Assembly: GCA_017400135.1 (NCBI GenBank)
Contig: JAFPVJ010000022.1
Coordinates: forward strand, 20,433 to 84,432
Source: Bacteroidales bacterium
Lineage (GTDB): Bacteria > Bacteroidota > Bacteroidia > Bacteroidales > UBA932
Length of the DNA stretch: 64,000 bases
Reading direction: 5' to 3'
Shown here: positions 18,159-27,509 of the stretch, piece by piece
Layout of the letters: every line of letters starts with the position of its first letter
Position numbering within the stretch: position 1 is the first letter of the stretch
The notes under the pieces: model-generated
Told to the model about the DNA's origin: nothing
The model's input: the letters and a program-made list of their open reading frames with translations, nothing else
Databases searched by the model: none
Made by a program: the position numbers and the translations under genes

Positions 18159-18860
18159 TCAGTCTTCGTTGTTGAAATGGCCTTCCGAGCAATGCTTGAA
18201 GGTGTACGTCGTATACTCGTCCATCGACATCCCCATCTCATCGGCCTTGGCCCTGGAATACTTCTCCACGGTCTCGATCCGTTCCGTGCCGCCGGTAACG
18301 TCGAAGATGGCCTTGAGTTCGTCCAGGGACTCCTGCGGAATCTTGCGCAGGATGCCCGGACCTTTACCCTGATAGTTGGCGCCGAGGCGCTCCATGTTGT
18401 CCCGCAGGTGCTGCGTATGCCACTCCCAGACCGGCCCCGCCTCCGGATGGTCCTCCATCTTGAAGGTCTCCGGATAGACGCAATAGCCGTATTTAAGGAT
18501 ATTACCCGTCATAATCTTGGTCAGCGGATAGAGCTGGCGCCCCTTTTCGGAATAAGTGAAATAACCCAGTCTGGCAGAGAGATTTCGCAGGGCCATAATG
18601 ACCAGACCCGCCCCGTTCTTGCGGGGGCAGCGGGTCATGCAGGACATGCATTCGCCGCAGTACCAGATCGTATCGCTTTTCAGCAGGGCCTCGATTTCCG
18701 CGTCATCCTTGCGCTGGACGGTGTCCACGATCTTGCGCGGGTCGTATTTATAAAACTCAGCCGCCGGACAGATGGCCGTACAGGTCCCGCAGTTGATGCA
18801 GGTCTTCAGGCCCTCCTTGAGGCGGTAGTCCTTGGCTAATTCATCGTAAAGTTTCCCCAT
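18159..18860 (-). CDS. hdrC: HdrC-like 2x[4Fe-4S] subunit
   Basis: CINCGTCTAICP and WYCGECMSCMTRCPR. Confidence 0.87.
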   Translation of the reverse strand: MGKLYDELAKDYRLKEGLKTCINCGTCTAICPAAEFYKYDPRKIVDTVQRKDDAEIEALLKSDTIWYCGECMSCMTRCPRKNGAGLVIMALRNLSARLGYFTYSEKGRQLYPLTKIMTGNILKYGYCVYPETFKMEDHPEAGPVWEWHTQHLRDNMERLGANYQGKGPGILRKIPQESLDELKAIFDVTGGTERIETVEKYSRAKADEMGMSMDEYTTYTFKHCSEGHFNNED

Positions 18861-18892
18861 TTAAGGAACAGGTTTGCGTTTTGTACAGAGTA

Positions 18893-18948
18893 CAAAGATA
18901 GAAAAAACTCCGGAAAGAGCACGTCTTTCCCATTTTTCCCTATCTTTG
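18893..18948. promoter_or_regulatory. Divergent -7 elements for the hdr operon (18893-18900, -) and asnA (18941-18948, +) around a central inverted repeat
   Basis: caaagata / tatctttg; GGAAAGA-gcacg-TCTTTCC at 18912-18930. Confidence 0.7.
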
Positions 18949-18967
18949 TCCCATAAACGAACGCAAT

Positions 18968-20005
18968 ATGAGCCTCTTCATCCCCCAAGGCTACCGCAAC
19001 CTGCTGGGAAGCATGGAAGCGACCGAGAAAGCCATCAAGACCGTCAAGGACATGTTCCAGAACAACCTTTCGGCCCAGCTCGCGCTGCTGCGCGTGACGG
19101 CGCCGATGGTGGTGCTGACCGGCACGGGTATCACCGACGACCACACCGGCGTCGAGCGGCCGGTCCGATTCCCCGTCAAGGGAATGGATGAGCGCCAGGC
19201 CGAGGTCGTGCATTCACTGGCGAAGTGGAAACGCCTGAAACTCGGTGAGATGGGCGTCGCTCCGGGACGGGGCATCTACACGGACATGAACGCCCTGCGG
19301 CCCGACGAAGAGCTGGACAACTTGCATTCGATCTATGTGGACCAATGGGACTGGGAGGCGGTCATCCGCCGCGAGGACCGCAACCTGGATTTCCTGAAAA
19401 AGACGGTCCGGCGCATCTACGAGGCGATCAAGGTCACGGAGAACAAGATCTACGTCGAGTTCCCTCAGATCCAGCCCGCCCTGCCGGATGATATCTTCTT
19501 CATCCATTCGGAGGAACTGCTGCGCCTCTACCCCGGCATGACGCCGAAGGAGCGGGAAGACGCCATCGTGCGTGAGCACAAGGCGGTCTTTATCATCGGT
19601 ATCGGCGGAAAGCTGTCAGACGGCAGCATCCATGACGGCCGCGCCGCGGACTATGACGACTGGAGCACGCCCAACAGCGACGGGTTCGAAGGCCTGAATG
19701 GCGACATACTGTTATGGAATCCGGTGCTCGGGCATGCCTTCGAGGTGTCCAGCATGGGCATCCGCGTCGATGAGGCGGCGATGGAGCGCCAGTTGAAAGT
19801 GCGTGGGCAGGAATGGAAGAAGGAGCTGTATTTCCACAAGAGGTTGCTTGCCGGCGAACTGCCTTGCACGATCGGCGGAGGTGTCGGACAGTCGCGCCTG
19901 TGTATGTATCTGCTAAGGAAGGCGCACATCGGTGAGATCCAGAGCAGCATCTGGCCCGATGACATGCGCGCAGCATGCGCCGCCGCCGGCATCGAACTGG
20001 TATAA
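18968..20005 (+). CDS. asnA: Aspartate-ammonia ligase
   Basis: EVVHSLAKWKR, HSIYVDQWDWE, HDGRAADYDDW, TIGGGVGQSR. Confidence 0.96.
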   Translation: MSLFIPQGYRNLLGSMEATEKAIKTVKDMFQNNLSAQLALLRVTAPMVVLTGTGITDDHTGVERPVRFPVKGMDERQAEVVHSLAKWKRLKLGEMGVAPGRGIYTDMNALRPDEELDNLHSIYVDQWDWEAVIRREDRNLDFLKKTVRRIYEAIKVTENKIYVEFPQIQPALPDDIFFIHSEELLRLYPGMTPKEREDAIVREHKAVFIIGIGGKLSDGSIHDGRAADYDDWSTPNSDGFEGLNGDILLWNPVLGHAFEVSSMGIRVDEAAMERQLKVRGQEWKKELYFHKRLLAGELPCTIGGGVGQSRLCMYLLRKAHIGEIQSSIWPDDMRAACAAAGIELV

Positions 20006-20017
20006 CGCTCATTCCGG

Positions 20018-20096
20018 AGCCGGGGCGCCCTGGACTTCAAAGAGCAGAAAAGAACCCTGTCGGGGAATGCTCTTTGAAGTCCAGGGCGCCCCGGCT
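20018..20096. repeat. Perfect 29-bp inverted repeat with a 21-nt loop
   Basis: agccggggcgccctggacttcaaagagca (20018-20046) and its exact reverse complement (20068-20096). Confidence 0.92.
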
Positions 20097-20282
20097 TTGC
20101 GACTGCCCATACCGGGCCTGAGCAGCCGCCGGCGATGACGCCGACGGGTGTCTTGCGTTAAGATTCCGGCACGCATATGCAATGCCGGGAGCGGTCAAGG
20201 AAAAAACGAAAGCATAATACCCGATGAAACAATAATACAAGTTTTCGGGACGATTGTGCACAGTTCCTTGTCTTGCTTCCGG

Positions 20283-20290
20283 TACTTTTG
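20283..20290 (+). promoter_or_regulatory. -7 element (TACTTTTG) of the PUL
   Basis: TAnnTTTG 44 nt upstream of the GH2 start. Confidence 0.6.
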
Positions 20291-20333
20291 TATCGTAAAA
20301 AACTGATAACCTCAATCCATTATATCAACAACC

Positions 20334-22175
20334 ATGAAAATGAGAAAAGCGTTGTCGTTCGGACTTCTCCTTGCAGCACTTTCCGGCTGTACGCCAAAGC
20401 CCGCGGCCTGGGTGCCCGTCGGAGAAAACATCCGCACATCCTGGGCCGAGACCCTCGATCCCACCTCTGTCCACCCGGAGTATCCGAGACCTCAGATGAT
20501 CCGCCAAGAGTGGCAGTCCTTGAACGGACTATGGGACTATGCCGTCACCCCTGCCGGCGCAAACCATTTTGCTGCTGCCGATGGACAGATCCTGGTCCCC
20601 TTCTGTCTGGAATCTTCCCTCTCCGGAGTAGGGAGGAAACTCGGGCCAGACGAGGCACTCTGGTACAGAAAGAGCATCTCGATCCCCCGTACATGGAAAA
20701 AGAAGAACGTCATCCTGCACTTTGACGCCGTAGATTGGTCAGCTGAAGTATTTGTCAATGGGCAACGGGTCGGAAGCCACACAGGCGGCTACACGGCTTT
20801 CGCCTTCGACATTACTCCGTATTTGAAAAATGGAAAACAAGATGTTACCGTCAAAGTGCTGGATGCTACGGACAATGATTTCCAGCCCCGCGGAAAACAA
20901 GTTTCTCATCCGGAAGGCATCTGGTACACGGCCGTCAGCGGCATCTGGCAGAGCGTCTGGATGGAGCCTGTCCAATCCGGACACATCGAAAGCTACGACT
21001 GTCTGTCGGATATAGACAACGGGACGCTGACCTTGACGGTCGGCACGCAGGGCACGGCCGACGGCGATTGCATTGAAGCCACCCTCGTCGGCGACGGGAA
21101 AGAGATGCAGGCCACGCTCCGTCCGGGAGAAGCTGCCGTCATACCCGTCGAGAATCCCAGGCTTTGGTCACCGGAGGATCCTTTCCTCTATGATATACGG
21201 ATGATATTGACCCGCGAAGGAAAAGTCCTGGACGAAGTGAAAGGTTACACCGCCTTCCGTAAGATTTCCGTCAAGGAAGATGCTGACGGACACAAGCGGA
21301 TGGCGCTCAACAACCGTATCCTTTTCCAATACGGCCCCCTGGACCAGGGATGGTGGCCGGACGGCCTGTACACCGCCCCGTCCGACGCGGCGATGCGCTA
21401 CGACCTCGAGATCACCAAGGAGTTCGGATTCAACATGATACGCAAACATATCAAAGTCGAGCCGGCGACCTGGTACCGCGCCTGTGACGAAATGGGCATC
21501 CTGGTCTGGCAAGACATGCCTTGCTTTGCCGACAACCGAAAAAACCACTGGGCGAACGGTCCGGGCGAATTCGACAAAGGGAGCGACTGGCCTGCACCCG
21601 CCGAGACCAAAGCCAATTATTATAAAGAGTGGACGGAGATCATCTCCCAGCTCAAGAACTTTCCATGCATCGTCACCTGGGTTCCTTTTAATGAAGCCTG
21701 GGGTCAGTTTGAGACCAAGATCATGGCCGAGTTTACCAAACGTCAGGACCCCACCCGCCTGGTCAATTATGCTTCCGGCGGTAACTGGGAGCGCGACTGC
21801 CCGGGCGACATCCTGGACTGCCATCACTACCCGCACCCGAAACTGAACGTGACAGAAGAAAGCAAGGTCAACGTCCTCGGTGAATATGGCGGCATTGGAA
21901 TGCCGGTGGAAGGCCACATTTGGGAAATCGACCGGAAATGGGGCTATATCAAGATGGAAGACAGCCAGGCCGTTACCGACAAGTACGTCGCCTATGCCGA
22001 AATGCTCGAGAAAATCGTCCGGGAAGAAGGCTGCGCCGCTGCCGTCTATACGCAGACGACCGATGTGGAAGGCGAAATCAACGGATTGCTTACCTACGAC
22101 CGCAAGGTGGTCAAACTGGATGCGGCCCGCGTGAGCGAGGCCAACCGGAAGGTGATCGACCTGACCCGCGAATAA
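20334..22175 (+). CDS. Glycoside hydrolase family 2 lipoprotein
   Basis: Lipobox LSGC; SLNGLW, SGIWQSVW, GFNMIRKHIK, WVPFNEAWG (acid/base), GEYGG (nucleophile). Confidence 0.9.
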   Translation: MKMRKALSFGLLLAALSGCTPKPAAWVPVGENIRTSWAETLDPTSVHPEYPRPQMIRQEWQSLNGLWDYAVTPAGANHFAAADGQILVPFCLESSLSGVGRKLGPDEALWYRKSISIPRTWKKKNVILHFDAVDWSAEVFVNGQRVGSHTGGYTAFAFDITPYLKNGKQDVTVKVLDATDNDFQPRGKQVSHPEGIWYTAVSGIWQSVWMEPVQSGHIESYDCLSDIDNGTLTLTVGTQGTADGDCIEATLVGDGKEMQATLRPGEAAVIPVENPRLWSPEDPFLYDIRMILTREGKVLDEVKGYTAFRKISVKEDADGHKRMALNNRILFQYGPLDQGWWPDGLYTAPSDAAMRYDLEITKEFGFNMIRKHIKVEPATWYRACDEMGILVWQDMPCFADNRKNHWANGPGEFDKGSDWPAPAETKANYYKEWTEIISQLKNFPCIVTWVPFNEAWGQFETKIMAEFTKRQDPTRLVNYASGGNWERDCPGDILDCHHYPHPKLNVTEESKVNVLGEYGGIGMPVEGHIWEIDRKWGYIKMEDSQAVTDKYVAYAEMLEKIVREEGCAAAVYTQTTDVEGEINGLLTYDRKVVKLDAARVSEANRKVIDLTRE

Positions 22176-22210
22176 ACACAGAATCACATATAATCATAAC
22201 CTTATTTCCC

Positions 22211-25200
22211 ATGGAAAAAACAAAACATTTCCTCATCCGGACCGGAATGACGGTCCTGTGCCTCCTGATGTTCGCCATCGGGCTGAAAGCGCAGAACCGG
22301 ACGGTCACCGGAAAGGTCGTCGACCAGGTCGGTAATCCGCTGGTCGGCGTCAACGTCATTGAAAAAGGGACGATGAACGGCACCATGACCGATTTGGACG
22401 GACTGTTTACCATCACGGTCGCCCCGTCTTCCCTCCTTCAGTTCTCCTGTATCAGCTACATCAGCGAGGAATTGCTCCCCGGTGAGGGCCCCGTCAACGT
22501 GACCCTGCGGGACGACACCACCCAGCTGGACGATGTCGTCGTGATCGGTTATGGTACCGCACGACGGAAAGACTTGACAGGATCCGTCATCCAGATCCGT
22601 CCGGACAACATGGTTGCCGACAATCCCAAGACCGTCCAAGACGTCCTGCGCAATGCTGCGGGCCTGAATGTCGGTTATGACGCATCCGCCAAGGGTGGCG
22701 GCTCTCTCAGTGTCCGCGGACAGCGTTCCGTCTATACGGATGGCGGGCACAACGATCCCCTGCTCATCCTGGACGGCATGATGTTCTACGGTGAACTCTC
22801 CGAGATCAATCCAGACGACATCGAACAGATAGACGTTTTGAAGGACGCCTCCTCGGCGGCCATCTTCGGTGCCAAGGCAGCTAACGGCGTCATCCTGATC
22901 ACCACCAAGAAAGGTAAGGTCGGCAAGCCCGTCATCAACCTCAGCGCCACGGTCGGAGCCATGACCCTGGCAGACTTCTGGCACCGCTGGGACACTCAAG
23001 ACGAGTACCTCACCCACTACAAGGATTGGAAAGAAGTCTACACCAACGGATACAACGCTGAGACAGGCCAGTGGGAAGCCTACCAGAGCGGCACCATGGT
23101 ATCCCAGCCGGGGTACTACTCCAATCCCGAGCAGCTCCCTTCCGGCGTTTCGCTGGACCAGTGGAGAGGCTATACCGCCAACGAGTCCGATGAGTCCGAC
23201 CTGAGCATCTGGGCCCGTCGTCTGGGCTTCAACCCGGGCAGCAATACGCTGGTGAACCTCCTGGCCGGGAAGATCACGAACTGGGAGGACATCAGCCTGA
23301 GGACCGGTCTTACACAAGACTACAACGCCAGTGTGAGCGGAGCTTCCGAGAACATGAACTATTACCTCTCCTTCGGTTACATGAATAACCACGGAGTCCG
23401 CAAGTTCGATGACTACCAGACCTACCGGGCGAACATGAAACTGCACACGAACGTCACGAAATGGCTGGAGCTGGGCGCAAATGTCAATTTCCAGCAGCGC
23501 ACGGACGGTGAGATCGGTTTTAACGACGACGACCAGATGCGCCAAAGCATTTTCGCGGACTACAAGGACGAGGACGGTAATTTCGTCCAGTATCCGCTCG
23601 ACGGCAGCTACAGCCAGCGTGGATACAACTATGATTTTGAGCGTCAGTACCTGGATCTCGAGAAAGGATATACTGTATTCAACACGATTTTCGACGCCAA
23701 GGTCAAGTTGCCTTTCAACATCACCTATACCTTCAACATCTCTCCCCGCTACCAGTTCTTCTACGACCGCTATTTCATGTCGGCCGACCGTCCCGGATCG
23801 GTCGCGACGGACCGGGGTGTCAACCGTGAGCAGGCCAAGCGTTTTGACTGGTCGCTCAACAACACGCTCGCCTGGGACTATTTCTTTGCCAGCAAGCATC
23901 ATGTCACCCTCACCCTCGGACAGGAAGCGGAAGACCGTCGTTACTGGTCCGACCGGATCGAGGCCCGCAACATCCTGCCTTCGGACGCCCTCGGATTCCA
24001 TAATACCCAGAACGGTTCAAAGGATGCCAGCACATTTAAGACCAACGACACGCACCAGTCTGCCGATGCCCTGTTCGCCCGTGCATTCTATTCCTACGAT
24101 GACCGGTACATGATCACGGGCACCATCCGTCGGGACGGTTACTCCGCCTTCGGTTATTCAAATCCTTATGCCATTTTCCCGTCCTTCGGTGTAGCTTGGA
24201 CCTTTACCAACGAGTCTTTCTGGAACTGGGACACCATGGATTACGGTAAGATCCGTTTCTCCTATGGTAAAAACGGCAACCGCTCCCTCGCCAATCCGTA
24301 TGTGGCCCTCGCCAACCTCTATCCGGGCGGCGGCAAAACCAACGGATACATCCAGAGCAACGGCAGCATGGAGGAGGTCAAATACCTGATGATCGAGCGC
24401 CTGGCCAACCCGGGCCTCCAGTGGGAAAAGACGACATCCATGAACCTGGGTCTCGACTTCAGTTTCTTCCAGGGACGCATCAATGGTTCCATCGAAGGCT
24501 ACCTGATGCAGACCCATGACATGATCATGAACAAGAAAATCCCCTCCATCACCGGATTCGACTCTATCACGACCAACCTCGGACAGGTGGACAACAACGG
24601 TTTCGAGATCACGCTCAATACGGTAAATGTCCGCAATCCGAACTTCACCTGGGAAAGCTCCTTCTCGTTCTCTTACAATAAGAATATGATCAAGCATCTC
24701 TATTACGAGTATGAGGACATCCTGGACGAGAACGGAAATGTGACCGGACAGAAGGAAACGGACGACACCACCAACGGTTGGTTCATCGGACAGCCGATCG
24801 ACGTTATCTGGAATTACGAGGTGACCGGCATCTGGCAAAAGGAAGAATGGGAAGAAGCCGCCAAGTTCGGCCAGGTTCCCGGCGATCCCAAGGTGGCCAA
24901 CCATTACACGGCTGACGACGTAGTCAACGCCGACGGCACTGTCACCCCGCAGTTCAACAACAACGATAAGGTGTTCCAGGGCACCGGGGTCGCTCCGGTC
25001 CGCTGGAGCCTGCGCAATGATTTCACCCTCTTCAAAGACCTGACTCTTACGGTGAATATGTACTCAAAAATGGGGCAGAAGAAGACCACGACCCGCTATC
25101 TCAACATCGATGATGATGGCGGACACATGGCTTACCAGCTCGCGACCCTGCGCAAGAAGACTTACTGGACGGTGGATCATCCGACCGACTGGCAGGGCAG

Positions 25201-25462
25201 GATCGATGCCATGGGCCCGACCGGTGCCCAGCGTCCGGCAGCCCTCATCGACGGCAGCTTCATCCGCATCAGCAACATCTCGTTGGCATACACGCTTCCT
25301 TCCAAGTTCGTCAAGGCGCTGGACATGAGCAGGATCAAGGTCTTCGCTACCGTCGGCAATCCTTGCATGATCAAGTTCGACAAACATTGGCAGTATGGTG
25401 ATATCGAGGCGGAAGGCCTCTCTGTCCGGACCTACCAGATGGGTGTCAACCTTACGTTCTAA
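22211..25462 (+). CDS. susC: SusC/RagA TonB-dependent transporter
   Basis: VVVIGYG, DLTGSV, INPDDIEQIDVLKDASSAAIFGAKAANGVILITTK, NPGLQWEKT, C-terminal Phe; start at ATG 22211. Confidence 0.95.
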   Translation: MEKTKHFLIRTGMTVLCLLMFAIGLKAQNRTVTGKVVDQVGNPLVGVNVIEKGTMNGTMTDLDGLFTITVAPSSLLQFSCISYISEELLPGEGPVNVTLRDDTTQLDDVVVIGYGTARRKDLTGSVIQIRPDNMVADNPKTVQDVLRNAAGLNVGYDASAKGGGSLSVRGQRSVYTDGGHNDPLLILDGMMFYGELSEINPDDIEQIDVLKDASSAAIFGAKAANGVILITTKKGKVGKPVINLSATVGAMTLADFWHRWDTQDEYLTHYKDWKEVYTNGYNAETGQWEAYQSGTMVSQPGYYSNPEQLPSGVSLDQWRGYTANESDESDLSIWARRLGFNPGSNTLVNLLAGKITNWEDISLRTGLTQDYNASVSGASENMNYYLSFGYMNNHGVRKFDDYQTYRANMKLHTNVTKWLELGANVNFQQRTDGEIGFNDDDQMRQSIFADYKDEDGNFVQYPLDGSYSQRGYNYDFERQYLDLEKGYTVFNTIFDAKVKLPFNITYTFNISPRYQFFYDRYFMSADRPGSVATDRGVNREQAKRFDWSLNNTLAWDYFFASKHHVTLTLGQEAEDRRYWSDRIEARNILPSDALGFHNTQNGSKDASTFKTNDTHQSADALFARAFYSYDDRYMITGTIRRDGYSAFGYSNPYAIFPSFGVAWTFTNESFWNWDTMDYGKIRFSYGKNGNRSLANPYVALANLYPGGGKTNGYIQSNGSMEEVKYLMIERLANPGLQWEKTTSMNLGLDFSFFQGRINGSIEGYLMQTHDMIMNKKIPSITGFDSITTNLGQVDNNGFEITLNTVNVRNPNFTWESSFSFSYNKNMIKHLYYEYEDILDENGNVTGQKETDDTTNGWFIGQPIDVIWNYEVTGIWQKEEWEEAAKFGQVPGDPKVANHYTADDVVNADGTVTPQFNNNDKVFQGTGVAPVRWSLRNDFTLFKDLTLTVNMYSKMGQKKTTTRYLNIDDDGGHMAYQLATLRKKTYWTVDHPTDWQGRIDAMGPTGAQRPAALIDGSFIRISNISLAYTLPSKFVKALDMSRIKVFATVGNPCMIKFDKHWQYGDIEAEGLSVRTYQMGVNLTF

Positions 25463-25480
25463 CCCTAAAAATGCATCGAA

Positions 25481-27487
25481 ATGAAAACAATGATCAAGCA
25501 TATCCCCTTCATCCCCTGCCTTTGCGCCGTCGTACTGATGTCCGGCCTCTCCGCATGCAGCCGGGAATTTTTGGACGCGGATCCGCTCTCCATTTATGAG
25601 CCTACCACGACCTTCAGCACCGAATCCGGGTTGAAAGCCGCCATGGCTATCTGCGACCGTACGTTGAAACTCAATTATGCGCACGATTACAACGAAATGC
25701 TGTCTCTGGCGACAGAATACATGTTCAGCGAACTGGGTGCAGCCGCCGCGACTGACAAATCCCAGTTGCTGGTCGATGTCGCCCATGACCTGACACCTAC
25801 CAGCGACCAGTCTACGGAAGACAACCTCAGTCGTGGAAACAGCATCTGGTACTTCTGGAGACAGGGTTGGCAAGGCATCATGTATTCCAACACCATCATC
25901 CAGTATGCGCCACGGGTAGAGGGACTGGATGAGAGTATCAAAAACGCATATCTAGGCCGAGCGTATTTCCACCGCGCCTGGCGTTATTACAACATCTACA
26001 TGCAATTCGGCGACGTCCCCCTCCTGACCAAGGTGACCGATGTCCCCAAGCAGAGCTACTACTCCTGCAAACGCGACGCCGCGTTCCAGATGTTCATCCA
26101 GGATCTGGAGTTTGCCGTGAAATGGGTCCCCGAACAGTCCGAGATGGATGAGGTCGGTATGATCAATAAAGGCGCCTGCAAAGTCTTGCTTATCAAATAT
26201 TATCTGGCCGTCGGTGAATATCAGAAAGCGAAAGATCTATGCGACGACCTGATCAACGGTGGACGCTATGCTCTGATCACGGGCAATAGCTTCGGAACCT
26301 TCTATCCGGGCGGCGAACCTCAAACCTGGCCTATCACCCGCAACGTCATCTGGGACATGCACCGGGCGGAGAACAAACTCATCGCGGCCAACACGGAGGT
26401 GATCCAGGGTGTCGTGAACCGCGGTTCCGATAAGGAATCCTTCGTCAAGATGCTGACGATGCGTATCCTCTATCCGTTCTATTTCAACGGACAGGTCCAG
26501 GATGTAGACGGCGTTCAGGCGCTCCAGAACTACAAGCGGAACAACTCCAACTATGATCCCAAGTACGATTACATGCGCGCCCTCGGACGCGGCATCGCGA
26601 CCTGGCGGACCACCTGGTGGTATACGCACCGGCTTTGGGAAGTCAATGGAGTACTGGACGAGGGAGACCTGCGTCATTCCTCAAAGGTCGGCAACTGGGT
26701 CCGGATGGAAGACCTCAAGGTCAACAACCGCAATTCCAAGCACTATGGCGAAAACCTCCGCCTGTTCAACGACGAGGGTAAGTTGCTCTGCACCGATACC
26801 ATCCGCCGTTGGTTCGATGTCCCCCACTACAAACTGTGGCTGGACGACCCGGTGGCTGAAGCCAACATCTCAGGTTCCGACGGACATCGTGGCGCCCAGA
26901 CGGGCGGCAATTCCGACTGGTACCTGTACCGTCTAGCGGAAGTATACCTCCTCCGCGCTGAGGCAAAGTACTATATGAATCCCTCAGATCCCACCATTGC
27001 TGAAGACATCAATATCATCCGTCGCAGGGCGGGCTGCCAGCAGCTCTACTCCGGTCCTTGCACCATCGGTGACATCGTCAACGAGCGTGCCCGTGAACTG
27101 TATTTCGAGGAATTCCGCAATGTCGAACTGACCCGTATTTCGCTCTGCCTTGCCCGCAGCGGCAAACCCGACGAATGGGGCAATGTCTACAAACTGGACA
27201 CCTTCGACAAGCAGTCCGGGACAGATGCTGAAGGCGGAAGTTACTGGTATCAGCGCATCAACCATTACGGCCAATATAACAAGGGCGTCATCAACGTAAA
27301 TGCTTCCTTGTCCCGTATCAACTACACGATGGACAAAAAGAACATCTACTGGCCGATCCCCGAGAAGGCCATCACCTCCAACACGAAGGGCCAACTGCAT
27401 CAGAACTACGGTTACGCAGGATATGACCCCAACGTCAAGGAGTGGGAAACCTGGGAAGAAGCAGTTGCCGACCAGGACGTCGAATAA
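25481..27487 (+). CDS. susD: SusD/RagB surface lipoprotein
   Basis: Lipobox LSAC; RAYFHRAWRY..FGDVP, YRLAEVYLLRAEA, ERARELYFE, WPIP; directly follows susC. Confidence 0.93.
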   Translation: MKTMIKHIPFIPCLCAVVLMSGLSACSREFLDADPLSIYEPTTTFSTESGLKAAMAICDRTLKLNYAHDYNEMLSLATEYMFSELGAAAATDKSQLLVDVAHDLTPTSDQSTEDNLSRGNSIWYFWRQGWQGIMYSNTIIQYAPRVEGLDESIKNAYLGRAYFHRAWRYYNIYMQFGDVPLLTKVTDVPKQSYYSCKRDAAFQMFIQDLEFAVKWVPEQSEMDEVGMINKGACKVLLIKYYLAVGEYQKAKDLCDDLINGGRYALITGNSFGTFYPGGEPQTWPITRNVIWDMHRAENKLIAANTEVIQGVVNRGSDKESFVKMLTMRILYPFYFNGQVQDVDGVQALQNYKRNNSNYDPKYDYMRALGRGIATWRTTWWYTHRLWEVNGVLDEGDLRHSSKVGNWVRMEDLKVNNRNSKHYGENLRLFNDEGKLLCTDTIRRWFDVPHYKLWLDDPVAEANISGSDGHRGAQTGGNSDWYLYRLAEVYLLRAEAKYYMNPSDPTIAEDINIIRRRAGCQQLYSGPCTIGDIVNERARELYFEEFRNVELTRISLCLARSGKPDEWGNVYKLDTFDKQSGTDAEGGSYWYQRINHYGQYNKGVINVNASLSRINYTMDKKNIYWPIPEKAITSNTKGQLHQNYGYAGYDPNVKEWETWEEAVADQDVE

Positions 27488-27509
27488 AGGCTGACTACAA
27501 ATTACGGTT

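Noticed and set aside
20100-20270. Riboswitch upstream of the PUL
   Set aside because: No cobalamin, TPP or SAM consensus recognised, and the segment lies upstream of the predicted -7 element.
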